IMG/VR virus record: IMGVR_UViG_3300024268_000043
Location: 13,665 to 77,664 of that record
DNA length: 64,000 nt
Direction: 5' to 3' (one strand)
From: a virus
Lineage: Duplodnaviria > Heunggongvirae > Uroviricota > Caudoviricetes
Shown here: one piece after another, positions 10,452 through 20,810 of the stretch
How the letters are laid out: each line of letters starts with the position of its first letter
How positions within the stretch are numbered: the first letter of the stretch is position 1
Translations under genes and position numbers: made by a program
The notes under the pieces: generated by a model
What the model saw: the letters and a program-made list of their open reading frames with translations, nothing else
Told to the model about the DNA's origin: nothing
Database searches by the model: none

Positions 10452-10636
10452 CACACAAATTTATTTGTTTACAATTTATTTACAATTATACATTTTCTTC
10501 CATAAGGGTTTTGAGTTCCGCAAGGATGTTCTCGTAACTTCCTCTGGAAACAACCCACTTGCCGTCGAGGTAAAGGTCGTAAACTCGATCCTCTCTAAGT
10601 TTAATTGTAAAATTGTGTACTGTCTTATTTGCCATA

Positions 10637-11437
10637 TTAAATAGTCTCCTTGTCTCCACTTCTTATTCCATATCGTTCGAACAGCTCTCGTTGTGGTGCA
10701 AAATCACCATAATACTTTGCTTCTGCATTTAGACGAGCCATTATTGCATCGTTCTTATCTACATATCGTCCCAGCCAATGTATCTGTTTATCAATATGAA
10801 TTGATGCTATCCAATTGTTATTACTCTTATCCCAATATACACCAGTAAACCCGCTTGTATTATCTTTTCTTTTTGTATGATTTCTTGCGTTTTCTGATTG
10901 TGTGGCTGGTCGCAAATTGTTCCTTCGGTTGTTTAACGTGTTCCTATCAATATGATCGCATAATTCATATCCAGTCAACACATACCACATCGAAACATAT
11001 CTTTTTTCGGTTTTATCCCACGCTTCAAGCATTCGATATCCATTTTGATGTATATGTTCATACCAACAATAGTTATCTATAAGAAGATCCTTATCTTCTT
11101 TGTCAAAATAGAATTCTGAATTAGTATTTAATGTTAATCCAACATAATATTCATCCTTTATATCTACCGGATTTGTTTTATTATTGTTTTTGCCTATATC
11201 TCTTGTTTTTTCTCTTCTAATACACCCACACGAATTTGTATGCCCGTTTCTTAAATGTTGACCCGTCGAAATCACATAATCAGAATTACCGCACGAACAT
11301 TTACACTTCCATTGCGGCGTGCGTGTTTGAGTATTTGGATTAATATAATCCTCCGCTCTCTCAACTATTGTCAATCTACTATTTGGAACTCCGTGTTCCG
11401 ACATAACCCAACCTGTCATATCTATGAACTTTCTCAT
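10637..11437 (-). CDS. HNH homing endonuclease with AP2 DNA-binding domain
   Basis: Cys cluster (CKCSCGN...CGC), HNH_3-like DHIDRN...N...NL, AP2-like C-terminus; paralog of 40685..41485; its stop overlaps the ligA start. Confidence 0.7.
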   Translation of the reverse strand: MRKFIDMTGWVMSEHGVPNSRLTIVERAEDYINPNTQTRTPQWKCKCSCGNSDYVISTGQHLRNGHTNSCGCIRREKTRDIGKNNNKTNPVDIKDEYYVGLTLNTNSEFYFDKEDKDLLIDNYCWYEHIHQNGYRMLEAWDKTEKRYVSMWYVLTGYELCDHIDRNTLNNRRNNLRPATQSENARNHTKRKDNTSGFTGVYWDKSNNNWIASIHIDKQIHWLGRYVDKNDAIMARLNAEAKYYGDFAPQRELFERYGIRSGDKETI

Positions 11438-13395
11438 TGTATTTCTCCAAGCATATTTAAAAATGTTAGTTCATCAATAATCGGCACATTCAGTTCTACT
11501 GCTTTCTTGTATTTACTACTACCGCTTGCTTCATTAGTGATAAGGTAGTCAGTGTTCTTACTAACTGAACCAGCAGACTTTGCACCGAGTTCTGCAATCT
11601 TTTCGTTGATACTATCTCTCGTGAAGTGATTGAGCTTGCCAGTCACGCAAAGCGTTTTGCCACTAAACGGATTATCCACCACTACCTTACTTTCACGCTT
11701 TACAAAACGCATCTCTGAAGCGAGAAGGTTAATCTCATCAAAATTATCAGTTAAGTACTTAGTGATATTTTGAGAGGTCTTATCTCCGATATCCTCTAAT
11801 TCGGACCAATCAAATCCACTATTAAAAGCACTAAGCAGTTTATCAAAATCACCTTCAAAAGCGTCAGAAATGGTCTTGGACGCAGACTTACCTACACCAT
11901 CAATTGAGAGAGCGCAAATAAAGTTTTCGAGCCTTACATCTCTACTGCTCTCAATTGCGTCAAGTATTTTTTCTACGGATTTTTCTCCGTATCCACTTGT
12001 AAGCTTCCATCTATAAACAACCCCTGGTGCAATTTCAAGTTTATATAAATCACAGAACGACTTAATCCAACCCTTGTCAATTAAAAACTCCAATGTTGCC
12101 TCACTCAATCCGTCAATGTTCATTGCGGGCTTGGATACAAAGAACTTCAATCTACCCAATAATTTGCCTGAACAGTTGGGATTTGTACACATCAATACTT
12201 CGGATGAATTCTCGGTCACTACTTCGGTTTCACCTCCGCAAACTGGGCAGTACTTAGGGATTTTTATATCAGAATCACCATCCTGAATGCGAGAATCTAT
12301 CTGCGGAATTATTTGGTTTGCTTTATATACTCTTACGGTGCAATTATTGGTGAGTCCCAACTTCTTGATAATAGAAATGTTATGAAGCGAGGCCTTACTG
12401 ACATCTGTTCCGTCAATGTTGACAGTTTCAAAAATTGCAGTAGGAGTAAGAGTATTGGTCTTGCCCATTGTCCATTCGATGTCAAGCAGCTTGGTCTCAT
12501 AGAGTTCGTCGTAGAACTTAAATGCGTAGGCTGCTCGGCTATGATGACCTGTTGTTCCAAGCGATTCTCCGTATGTAATATCGTTAAATCTACCAACTAA
12601 TCCGTCTATTGGATATCCATATACCTCAGCCTGTTCTACTAAAAACTCTTTTGCATCCCAATCAAAGCTGCTTGTCCAGGGTGTTACCGTAAAACCAAGA
12701 TTGTCCATTGCCACCAAATTATCAATTACTGTGTTGTGTGGGCCTTTAATAACGTTCCACAATACAAACTTAAGCTTACGATTGACACATTCTCGAGAAT
12801 CCAATAGCCTAATGGAACCCGATGCAAAATTGCGAGGATTCGCGTACTCTGTTTTAAACTCTTCAAAATCTGCTTTGGTGCAAATAATCTCTCCGTCTAC
12901 AATGAGCTCGTCTGTATAATTAATCTTTTTGGGAATGTTTTTTACAACCAAGGAATTATGCAGAATGTCTTCGCCTTCTTCTCCGTTACCACGAGTCTCA
13001 GCAGAGACAAGTTTACCGTCAACATATCGCAAGGAGCAGGTCAATCCATCGAGCTTGATCATTCCAACAACATCTTTGCTTCCAAAATATCGCACAAATT
13101 CATTCCAGTCCTTTGTCTTGTCAAGCGATAACATAGGGTGGTTGTGTTTAACCTTCTGCAACTCATTCACGACAGTATAGTTTACTTTCTGGGTGGGCGA
13201 GTTGGACAAAATGTATCCATAATTATGTTCAAGTGCCGCTAGTTCAAAATACATATCATCCCACTGCTTGTCGCTAATTTCTGGTATACCATTGTCGTAA
13301 AGTTCTGTGTGTCTGTTGAGTTCTGCGACCAAATACTCAATTCTTGCTTTTGCATCAAATGTCTCCATTTTCTCCTTAACCTCCGTTATACTCAC
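11434..13395 (-). CDS. ligA: NAD+-dependent DNA ligase
   Basis: 653 aa; adenylation motif MIKLDG (KxDG); zinc finger CPVCG...C; C-terminal HhH/BRCT-like region. Confidence 0.9.
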   Translation of the reverse strand: MSITEVKEKMETFDAKARIEYLVAELNRHTELYDNGIPEISDKQWDDMYFELAALEHNYGYILSNSPTQKVNYTVVNELQKVKHNHPMLSLDKTKDWNEFVRYFGSKDVVGMIKLDGLTCSLRYVDGKLVSAETRGNGEEGEDILHNSLVVKNIPKKINYTDELIVDGEIICTKADFEEFKTEYANPRNFASGSIRLLDSRECVNRKLKFVLWNVIKGPHNTVIDNLVAMDNLGFTVTPWTSSFDWDAKEFLVEQAEVYGYPIDGLVGRFNDITYGESLGTTGHHSRAAYAFKFYDELYETKLLDIEWTMGKTNTLTPTAIFETVNIDGTDVSKASLHNISIIKKLGLTNNCTVRVYKANQIIPQIDSRIQDGDSDIKIPKYCPVCGGETEVVTENSSEVLMCTNPNCSGKLLGRLKFFVSKPAMNIDGLSEATLEFLIDKGWIKSFCDLYKLEIAPGVVYRWKLTSGYGEKSVEKILDAIESSRDVRLENFICALSIDGVGKSASKTISDAFEGDFDKLLSAFNSGFDWSELEDIGDKTSQNITKYLTDNFDEINLLASEMRFVKRESKVVVDNPFSGKTLCVTGKLNHFTRDSINEKIAELGAKSAGSVSKNTDYLITNEASGSSKYKKAVELNVPIIDELTFLNMLGEIQ

Positions 13396-13849
13396 AAATC
13401 AATACGTCGCAATCACTATCGCCGAATATGTCCTCAATCATTTTGTAGACTATATTCCAGTCGCCACCGCCACGAGCACAGCCAATAAGATATGGAATTG
13501 CGATGGTTTTACCAGCCGACCTTAATTTGACTATTCTTAATGCGGTCTCTAAAGCGCTGTAATCTGTATATATTTTTGATTCTTTTCCATAAGTATCCTG
13601 CCCAAATAGATTTTCTATAACAGTTGTTTCATTAATGAATACTCTTAAAGATCTTCCAAGTAAGGCAATGGCTTTTTTCTTTTGACCATATCTATCAAAT
13701 ACAAAATTCCTATAAGTACCATAAACCCAAGGATACTTTTCTCTCACTTGTTTAGCAATACCGCTACCCATAACTCCTTGGCAATTTACCTGGTGACAAA
13801 TTACATCTGCACCAGACTCAAAAATATCGCATTTAATATGTTTAATCAT
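13376..13849 (-). CDS. macro domain protein (ADP-ribose binding/hydrolase)
   Basis: ADVICHQVNCQGVMGSGIAKQV matches the macro domain N-terminal signature. Confidence 0.65.
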   Translation of the reverse strand: MIKHIKCDIFESGADVICHQVNCQGVMGSGIAKQVREKYPWVYGTYRNFVFDRYGQKKKAIALLGRSLRVFINETTVIENLFGQDTYGKESKIYTDYSALETALRIVKLRSAGKTIAIPYLIGCARGGGDWNIVYKMIEDIFGDSDCDVLICEYNGG

Positions 13850-14874
13850 ACTTCACCTCTTACAATTCTTTCATTGACTGACATAACAAATTCGTTAATC
13901 TTCTTATAATCGGGTGTGCTAGGTAACTCGGTTGTTTCCTTTATCTTCTGCATCTCATTCTCAAAATAATCAACCATTTCCATAAATTCAGAGGTAGGTT
14001 GCTGATTATCATCGAGATACTTTCCGGCACGAATATCCATCAATAAGTCGTGGTCTTTCTCGCGATAGGTAATAATTTCACCGTCTTTCATAATGTCGAG
14101 ACACATAAGGTACAGTCTAATCAAGTGCATCATATGCTTTGCTATTTTACCGTGTTCAATTGCGTTTATATTTCTGTGTCCAATTTTGGAGTAATCTTTG
14201 ACGATGCTCTTCATAACATTCCACATACCCTTGTAGTCTCCCAAAGGGTAGTGATGTAAACTGATATCCATAAATATTTCTGTATCATATTCTGGCTTAC
14301 TGGATTTATCGATGTAGAGTTTGATGGAATCTTCGTCATACTCAAAGAAATCGTGCTTAAAATCATAAGCAGCATTTTTAATGCTATTAAGAATATACTG
14401 TGTCTGCTCTGCCTGGCTAACACTCTGTGCAGACTTTGAAGACAGTCTACGCAACTGCTGATTAGCATATCCGCCAAAAGAGTGGATGCACTTCTTAGAA
14501 AGGAAGAGATGACGGTTGTTTATGAGTTCCTGACCGATAGGTGAAAGGTAGAGATAGTGCTCGGCTTTTAGACCTAACAGCTCAATAACGTTTGGGTTAC
14601 AATTAGATAACAAGGAAATGATTTTATTAAACGCATAAATTGTAGTATCTGTTTCTTCATTTACAAATTGCTCGAAATTCTGATTGGTCAAAATTTCTAT
14701 TTTAGAATTTAATGCAATTCCTCTCCAATCCCAGTCGGATTCTTCATTGTCGGTGCCATAGCCTCTGCTTCCACCAAGACCTAATAAAATTATAGGTCTT
14801 TGAGTTTCAAAGTTTCTTATAAAATCATATTTTTCTTTCTTAAATTCATTTTTTAAATCTTTATTGGTCGTCAT
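13846..14874 (-). CDS. Pol-beta superfamily nucleotidyltransferase
   Basis: LGLGGSRGYG...DWDWRGI = GS...DxD nucleotidyltransferase motif. Confidence 0.5.
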   Translation of the reverse strand: MTTNKDLKNEFKKEKYDFIRNFETQRPIILLGLGGSRGYGTDNEESDWDWRGIALNSKIEILTNQNFEQFVNEETDTTIYAFNKIISLLSNCNPNVIELLGLKAEHYLYLSPIGQELINNRHLFLSKKCIHSFGGYANQQLRRLSSKSAQSVSQAEQTQYILNSIKNAAYDFKHDFFEYDEDSIKLYIDKSSKPEYDTEIFMDISLHHYPLGDYKGMWNVMKSIVKDYSKIGHRNINAIEHGKIAKHMMHLIRLYLMCLDIMKDGEIITYREKDHDLLMDIRAGKYLDDNQQPTSEFMEMVDYFENEMQKIKETTELPSTPDYKKINEFVMSVNERIVRGEV

Positions 14875-16025
14875 TATCTGTGTTCCCTCTTGTCTAAATT
14901 ACTTTTTCTCATATTAAAATGATTTCCGTCTATAAACGCAACACTTTGTCCATCTTTGGCATTCACGAGCAATCTGTTAAGATAAATACACTTTTTAGGT
15001 TTCCTAGTTCTAGAAATCACTCTACCATTTTCAATGTGCCATTTATATTTATTGACTATATCGATATCTTCTATATCAAAATATACATTACATTCTTTAA
15101 TTTTCAATATCGCTACATCTTGCAATATCGTTATATCATTTTCTTTTATTTTTTTAGACACGACAAATAAATCACTATAACATTTGCTACAATATATTCG
15201 TTTATCGATGTCATATATTTTATTTTTATAGCTAAGCGTTTTGAAACAATTACAACATGTCAATTGATTTGTTTCAATGTGCTCATTTGGATTAAAACTA
15301 TCACCCGACTTAATTGTTCTATCGTAAAGATTGATTTTAAGATTTTGATATGTCTTCCATTCGTCTGTACCTAGTTTATTAAATTTTTCATATTTTCTTT
15401 TCATAAAAATATTCGCATCTTGATACAGATATTCTCTGATTCGAATACATTGACGACACCCAGTAAAAGCCAATGTTGCTATTCTTTCATCTTTGCCTTT
15501 GTATGAAATTAATTTATTTTCATTTAACTCGCATTCCATGGCTATTACTTTATTGATGTCTGCAATAAATGGCCGATATCCTATAATTGAAAAGCATGTT
15601 TTATGATCACCGCTCTTTAATACCGATAAGCATATACTTCCATCTCCATCAAATACTCCACGAATAAAATGACGATATAATAATTTGGAGATGAAGTAAG
15701 GAAACGTGACTTGAAAAGTTTTCGCTTGCCCACAACCATGTTTCGCCAAACTGTCAGAAAGTTTTTTATTACTTACATATAACTCACAATAAGAGTAGTT
15801 ACCATTTCTGGTGCCATACCACAATGGTCGGTCTTGGTTTGGATATAATATATTTCTAAATTTTATTAAAAGCTCTTCGTCTTGTATGGAAAGTCTAATT
15901 TTAATTTCATGTTTTTTGACATTATTGTATCCGTCGGCATATAAAAATCCTAGAAAATATGCCTTTTCTTCTGTATCTATGTCATCAAAATAATCTTCAT
16001 TAATTTCCCATTTACATCTTGACAT
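14874..16025 (-). CDS. LAGLIDADG homing endonuclease (two motifs) with C-terminal HNH_3-like domain
   Basis: FLGFLYADGY and IRGVFDGDGSI motifs; C-terminal AFIDGNHFNMRKSNL. Start moved from 16043 to the internal Met (MSRCKW) because the track start codon is the CAT inside the conserved leader motif and GGAGGTGA RBS precedes the internal ATG. Confidence 0.65.
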   Translation of the reverse strand: MSRCKWEINEDYFDDIDTEEKAYFLGFLYADGYNNVKKHEIKIRLSIQDEELLIKFRNILYPNQDRPLWYGTRNGNYSYCELYVSNKKLSDSLAKHGCGQAKTFQVTFPYFISKLLYRHFIRGVFDGDGSICLSVLKSGDHKTCFSIIGYRPFIADINKVIAMECELNENKLISYKGKDERIATLAFTGCRQCIRIREYLYQDANIFMKRKYEKFNKLGTDEWKTYQNLKINLYDRTIKSGDSFNPNEHIETNQLTCCNCFKTLSYKNKIYDIDKRIYCSKCYSDLFVVSKKIKENDITILQDVAILKIKECNVYFDIEDIDIVNKYKWHIENGRVISRTRKPKKCIYLNRLLVNAKDGQSVAFIDGNHFNMRKSNLDKREHR

Positions 16026-16053
16026 ACCATCACCTCCAATCATTTTGTATGGT

Positions 16054-16926
16054 TTAATGTGCTGCCAAATCAGCTTCGTGTAATAAATCTACCTGCTTTT
16101 TAAGAAACGGAGGTAGATTGTTATAATATTTGGTGTTCATATAAGGGTCCATATGTGTACTAATAAGCCACGCGATATGTGGAGTAATATGCTCAAAACC
16201 ATAAGATAAGTAAGCCCCTACGCACTGATGCTGGTAAAAATGCGCGTGTTCACAAGGATTGCCTTTACTATCCACAAAAGCTTTAACATATGGTTTGCCT
16301 ATGTCATGCCACAATGCGGCCATACACACATCCGAGTCAGTAGAATGACAACATACTTCTTCATATGCTTCTTGACAATGATCATAAACACAAAGAGTAT
16401 GATGTGGATTATCGTGTGGGATGCACATAGCAAACGTTGTGGCGCCGTAATACTTGGTAGTGCTAAAATTTGTGGGTTTGATTATCTTAATCTCATCAAT
16501 ACCCTCATCATAATAAGGTGCCTGAAACCTCTTAAGCATTTTATCAATCACTTCCTTGCCAACAGTTCTATCCCTCATCTTGTCACGCTGAATGCATTCT
16601 TCGATAGGTGCCCAAATCACATAACATTCGATCTTAGCGAACTTTGGACAGACCCCAATAATACCCCATCTATCCTTGCGAGTTATATTTGTTGCATCAT
16701 AAATCACATCCTGTCCATTATTTAGAGCCTCAATTGCTCTCTTCTGCATCAAAGAAAACACATCAGCCGGATTGCCCTGTGTGGATTCGTCGCCATAGAG
16801 TTCGGCACGAATTGCATCAGAACTAAGATGAATTGTGTTGGGTTGAAGTGTAATATAATTTTTAGCATAGTGGGATTTGCCGGCGCCCGGAATTCCACAT
16901 AACAAAATTAACTTCGGTCTATTCAT
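16054..16926 (-). CDS. P-loop polynucleotide-kinase-like domain fused to HD phosphohydrolase domain (Pnkp-like RNA/DNA end-healing candidate)
   Basis: Walker A LLCGIPGAGKSHYA; C-terminal H...HD...H...D (LWHDIGKP...HAHFY...D) HD domain. Confidence 0.55.
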   Translation of the reverse strand: MNRPKLILLCGIPGAGKSHYAKNYITLQPNTIHLSSDAIRAELYGDESTQGNPADVFSLMQKRAIEALNNGQDVIYDATNITRKDRWGIIGVCPKFAKIECYVIWAPIEECIQRDKMRDRTVGKEVIDKMLKRFQAPYYDEGIDEIKIIKPTNFSTTKYYGATTFAMCIPHDNPHHTLCVYDHCQEAYEEVCCHSTDSDVCMAALWHDIGKPYVKAFVDSKGNPCEHAHFYQHQCVGAYLSYGFEHITPHIAWLISTHMDPYMNTKYYNNLPPFLKKQVDLLHEADLAAH

Positions 16927-17762
16927 TTGTTAATCTCCAATTCTTTTGTTATACCAATTTTAATAGTGTTATATGTTACTTCTTCAAAAAGTTTATATAT
17001 AGTTTCATCTACGGTATTATCGCAAGTCTTCAGATAACTCTCATACATCTCCTGAATAAAGTCCATTGAGCCTTTGCCATATCGTCTCGCATCCTCAAGA
17101 TTGTATTTGCCCTTCTTGACATCAACAAGCCACTCGGGTTCAACGGAGATTAAGCAACACTCGAAAGACTCTCCATTTATCCATCTATACATAAACTCTT
17201 TGATTCTAAAGAGATGGTGCAGTTGTTTGCAATCATAGCCCCATTTTTCAATGACATGCATTCTAGAGGGATACTTATGTTCGAGAGCATGATACTTCTC
17301 ACTTGCAATTCCTTTCATTGATTTAATAAGGGAAGGCAAATTCATTTTTACGATAGAATCTCTTGCCTTAACAAGCTTATTCCATTCCTCTTCATAGATA
17401 GGGTTGATAATATAATATTTCGTATAGAGAATTTCAAGGAAGTTGAGATTAGATTTTCTGAAGGTTTCCAACATCACTCTAATATCTTTAAAGTCAATGT
17501 GTTCATCATTCTCTCTTACATAGGTAGTGCTAGCCATCTTGCTTTCTGCAAGTTCTTTAAGAGACGGTGCCAATACGCATTTGGTATCAACGTCTGAGCC
17601 TTCATAATCGAGACAATAGTTGCCAGACCCTTGGTAGTACACACCTATAATTCTATGTTCAGGATACTGTGTGAGAGCATCGTTGTAATGCTCCCACATT
17701 TTATTCATTATCCATTCATCGGTATGAAAATTCATTTTACTCTCCTCAATTTCCAATCTCAA
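16923..17762 (-). CDS. Pol-beta superfamily nucleotidyltransferase (second copy)
   Basis: GVYYQGSGNY...DYEGSDVDTKCV = GS...DxD motif. Confidence 0.5.
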   Translation of the reverse strand: MRLEIEESKMNFHTDEWIMNKMWEHYNDALTQYPEHRIIGVYYQGSGNYCLDYEGSDVDTKCVLAPSLKELAESKMASTTYVRENDEHIDFKDIRVMLETFRKSNLNFLEILYTKYYIINPIYEEEWNKLVKARDSIVKMNLPSLIKSMKGIASEKYHALEHKYPSRMHVIEKWGYDCKQLHHLFRIKEFMYRWINGESFECCLISVEPEWLVDVKKGKYNLEDARRYGKGSMDFIQEMYESYLKTCDNTVDETIYKLFEEVTYNTIKIGITKELEINK

Positions 17763-18750
17763 TAAGATACTTAATTGTCATCTGCTCTTCCTTATAAACA
17801 ACAATTTCATCGTTTCTTAGCATACCTCTGTCGGCGTGTGCGTGTAGGCAATTTGCCCCAGACTTAAACTGCTGAAGTTTGTTATAATCAAGGTTATAGT
17901 ACTTGCTATCAAAATTGTACACGTCATAAGGCGTTCCATAGGCTACATCGAAAATTGCCATATAAGCAGTGTTGTTACCGCCGTGAGCCCAATAAGAACC
18001 AGAAAGTGAGGTATAACCAATGCTCTTTGCGCACTTGGGAGCATAATATACCCCGTATCCAAACATCTTTCCGGTGATGACGGCATTAGTAGGTCTAAGC
18101 ACCAAGCCGGTCTTCATAATGGACCAGAAGTTTTCCGATCTACTACCGTGGAACAGCAACCTCGTATCCTTAATACCATTCTCCTTAACAAACTTGTCGA
18201 AACGTTCTTGCGTCTTCAGATTGGTAACTCTCCAAGCCTTTCTAAACTTATCAGCAGAATCATTCATTAATGTTTTAATGAGTGCAACATCATCTCTAGT
18301 AGTCTCTTCCATTACAAGGCCGAGTTCCTCAAGAATAGTCTGTTGCTTCTTTTCGGTCATGACTGTGGGTTCAATCTCCGGCTTCACATAAATCTGTCCA
18401 CGCATTACATCAAGAAGATCCTGCTCTTTGGTGATGATTTTCGCAAAGTCATCGGGTTTATTTGCTAAGTAATCTCGCACATCGCCCATCTTTCGAGGAA
18501 TAACTGTAAACAACCTAAGCAGATTCGCGTTGAACTCATCAGTGGTAGAGCTATTATTGGCAAGTTCATCAATGATTTTCTGTGCCGCATCAACCATATC
18601 CTGGGTAACGGCAGATGCCTTGACTGTATAGTTCTTACGAATTGTATCACGAGCGAGACTCTGTAACTTTTCAACAATCAGTCTTACGGCTTCATTCTCA
18701 ATTTCTCTATAGGGACTTTCGGGATTGGTAGAGGAAATCTCCTCCACCAA
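17746..18750 (-). CDS. PARP-like ADP-ribosyltransferase catalytic domain protein
   Basis: LLFHGSRSENFWSIMKTGL...GKMFGYGVYYA...EIVVY reproduces the PARP H-G-S / Y / E signature blocks; helical regulatory-like N-terminal region; track start is a TTG. Confidence 0.7.
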   Translation of the reverse strand: MVEEISSTNPESPYREIENEAVRLIVEKLQSLARDTIRKNYTVKASAVTQDMVDAAQKIIDELANNSSTTDEFNANLLRLFTVIPRKMGDVRDYLANKPDDFAKIITKEQDLLDVMRGQIYVKPEIEPTVMTEKKQQTILEELGLVMEETTRDDVALIKTLMNDSADKFRKAWRVTNLKTQERFDKFVKENGIKDTRLLFHGSRSENFWSIMKTGLVLRPTNAVITGKMFGYGVYYAPKCAKSIGYTSLSGSYWAHGGNNTAYMAIFDVAYGTPYDVYNFDSKYYNLDYNKLQQFKSGANCLHAHADRGMLRNDEIVVYKEEQMTIKYLIEIGN

Positions 18751-18813
18751 ATCCTTCTTGAGGTCGGTTACATCCTGGTATCCCTTCTTTAACTTGCTAT
18801 TAATCTGCGAATT

Positions 18814-18963
18814 CTACTTAGACATAGGATAATACGCCGTCGTCTTGGTTGCGTCTACTCTACCATACTCAACACGGAACTGGTCGCCTTCTGGAAAACA
18901 GTTATAATATTTATTGTTATTTGCCGTTGTAACCATAATGAGATAAGTAGGTCTAACTTCCAT
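18814..18963 (-). CDS. WGR-like small ORF, in frame with the downstream PARP ORF and separated by one TAG
   Basis: 49 aa with KYYNCFPEGDQFRVEYGRVDA (WGR-domain-like); ATG start with upstream RBS; 21 sense codons connect its TAG to the PARP TTG start in the same frame. Confidence 0.4.
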   Translation of the reverse strand: MEVRPTYLIMVTTANNNKYYNCFPEGDQFRVEYGRVDATKTTAYYPMSK

Positions 18964-18975
18964 ATCTTTCTCCTA

Positions 18976-19401
18976 TCAAATCTCACAAATCAAAATCTCG
19001 ACATCCGTATTCTCAAATACATCACAGATGATATCGTAGACCTGTTCCCACGTTAATCTGTCAAGACCGCAACCTATCTTGGGCATTGCGAGTTTAGTAG
19101 TTGAGTTGAAATCCATTATATCTTTCATAGTTACAAGTGCTTCACGTACTGAATCATATGTCGGCTTATGATAACACTTATTCTTGGTTACAAGATTAAA
19201 AACATTATCAATCAAAAGCGCATCTCCGCCCACGTAAGAATACATATCATACTCTCTGAAGAGTTTAAATCTCATATTATAGATTTCATCAAATGTCTTT
19301 GCTATGCCAGCACCGAGTGCGAAGTCTGCGCTGATGCAATGTGCGAGGTAATAGCCCTGAGGCACCGTAAATAAATCTCTCTTTTCAATAGTAATAGTCA
19401 T
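18976..19401 (-). CDS. macro domain protein (second copy)
   Basis: YLAHCISADFALGAGIAKTF resembles the macro domain nucleotide-binding loop; 141 aa. Confidence 0.5.
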   Translation of the reverse strand: MTITIEKRDLFTVPQGYYLAHCISADFALGAGIAKTFDEIYNMRFKLFREYDMYSYVGGDALLIDNVFNLVTKNKCYHKPTYDSVREALVTMKDIMDFNSTTKLAMPKIGCGLDRLTWEQVYDIICDVFENTDVEILICEI

Positions 19402-19433
19402 AATTCAATCTCCTTTATATAAATAAATTTTCA

Positions 19434-20810
19434 TCATTCTGTATCGTTTTCAACCGACTCTGCTTCCTCGATATCAGGAGCCTCAGCCTCCACCTTAACA
19501 ATTCCTTCAAGGGCTTTAAAGAACCAATTCTTATGCTTATAAGCACAGAACTTAGGACGATTTATGATACGAACTACCACACCCTCGCGAATATGAGTCT
19601 TGCCTATAGGGTCGGGTCCATCATAGTACTTTTCTGCTCTTGCCATAACATACTCACCAGGTTTCTTATTCTTTGCTGGAATTGTAAACTTGTCAAACAC
19701 AGGCACACACTTAACACCCATCTGTTCACAACGATAACGCATAAAGTCAGGAGTGTATTCTACTATGAAGCCATCTTCGTTGGTCATAGTCATACGATAT
19801 ACATAGATGTCAGACTGAGGAAGAGTGTCTGCGAGTTGAAGCTCACCATTTTCATTGACATAATCGGCGGGTGTTTCATCCACACAAGGCACACATCCAT
19901 AAGAGAATACCGTTGTCTCTCCATACTTCTTTACAAAGTCCTTATCGTTGAGCTTCTTGTTATCACCGCTCGCCATAATAGGAGTACCAGTATGAGTGAA
20001 ACCAACTACTTCATAGAAAATTTCCTCGCCCTTATTTAACTTGCCCTCAAAGAACTTTGAATGTGCTTCACGGAATTCGTTACTTCCGTAATATCCACCT
20101 TCAAAATTCTCAAGCACTGTACGACGAGTGCCAGATACATAGCCCCAATCATAGATGGGCTTGCCTTCCTTGCGAGTGATTTTGTCCCATAGGGTTTTCT
20201 TGTAGCTCTTGAGTACGGGAAAATCGCCGGTTCTCTGACTCGTTCCGTGCATCTTGAGTGTAATCTCAATCTCGTCGCCAGGCTTAAAAGCAGCAAGATT
20301 ATACGCAAGTTGTTCGGTATCTGCGTGCTCCGCAAACAAGGGTGCTACAGGAACTTTCTTCTTGCGAGTCTTGTTGCCCTCTGAATAATGTCCTCTTCTA
20401 TTCTGGGTACGAGGTACATACTTACAGCAAATCTCATGTCCATTGAAGTTGTCAATTCTGTCACCCTCACGAAGAGTTGTAATATCTCCGAAAGACTCAA
20501 GTGACTTAAGGGGAAGAAAGAGTCCATCTGACTTCTCTCCACGCAGTTTGATAGCAGTCACATTTCTCTTGTCTGGGTCCATATAACCACCGATGTTATT
20601 GCCGTTCTCATCCTTCTTACGAAGCAGGTTGTTGGCCTCGGCAAACTCCACAGACAACTGCCCGTCTGAGGGGAAATATACGCCGAGCTGATTATCCTCG
20701 TATTCCATTGATACGATTACGGCATTTCCGAAGCACTCTCCAATCTGAAGTCTATCAGCATTAGGGTGCTTGTGCATATTCTTAATCCTTGTAATATAAG
20801 CGTTATACAT
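19434..20810 (-). CDS. RNA ligase (Rnl2-like nucleotidyltransferase) with N-terminal tRNA-binding OB domain
   Basis: N-terminus KHPNADRLQIGE = tRNA-binding (Myf/Trbp111-type) motif; ligase motif I LKMHGTS (KxHGT), III EEIFYEVVG, IV HIREGVVVR, V YKHKNWF. Confidence 0.7.
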   Translation of the reverse strand: MYNAYITRIKNMHKHPNADRLQIGECFGNAVIVSMEYEDNQLGVYFPSDGQLSVEFAEANNLLRKKDENGNNIGGYMDPDKRNVTAIKLRGEKSDGLFLPLKSLESFGDITTLREGDRIDNFNGHEICCKYVPRTQNRRGHYSEGNKTRKKKVPVAPLFAEHADTEQLAYNLAAFKPGDEIEITLKMHGTSQRTGDFPVLKSYKKTLWDKITRKEGKPIYDWGYVSGTRRTVLENFEGGYYGSNEFREAHSKFFEGKLNKGEEIFYEVVGFTHTGTPIMASGDNKKLNDKDFVKKYGETTVFSYGCVPCVDETPADYVNENGELQLADTLPQSDIYVYRMTMTNEDGFIVEYTPDFMRYRCEQMGVKCVPVFDKFTIPAKNKKPGEYVMARAEKYYDGPDPIGKTHIREGVVVRIINRPKFCAYKHKNWFFKALEGIVKVEAEAPDIEEAESVENDTE

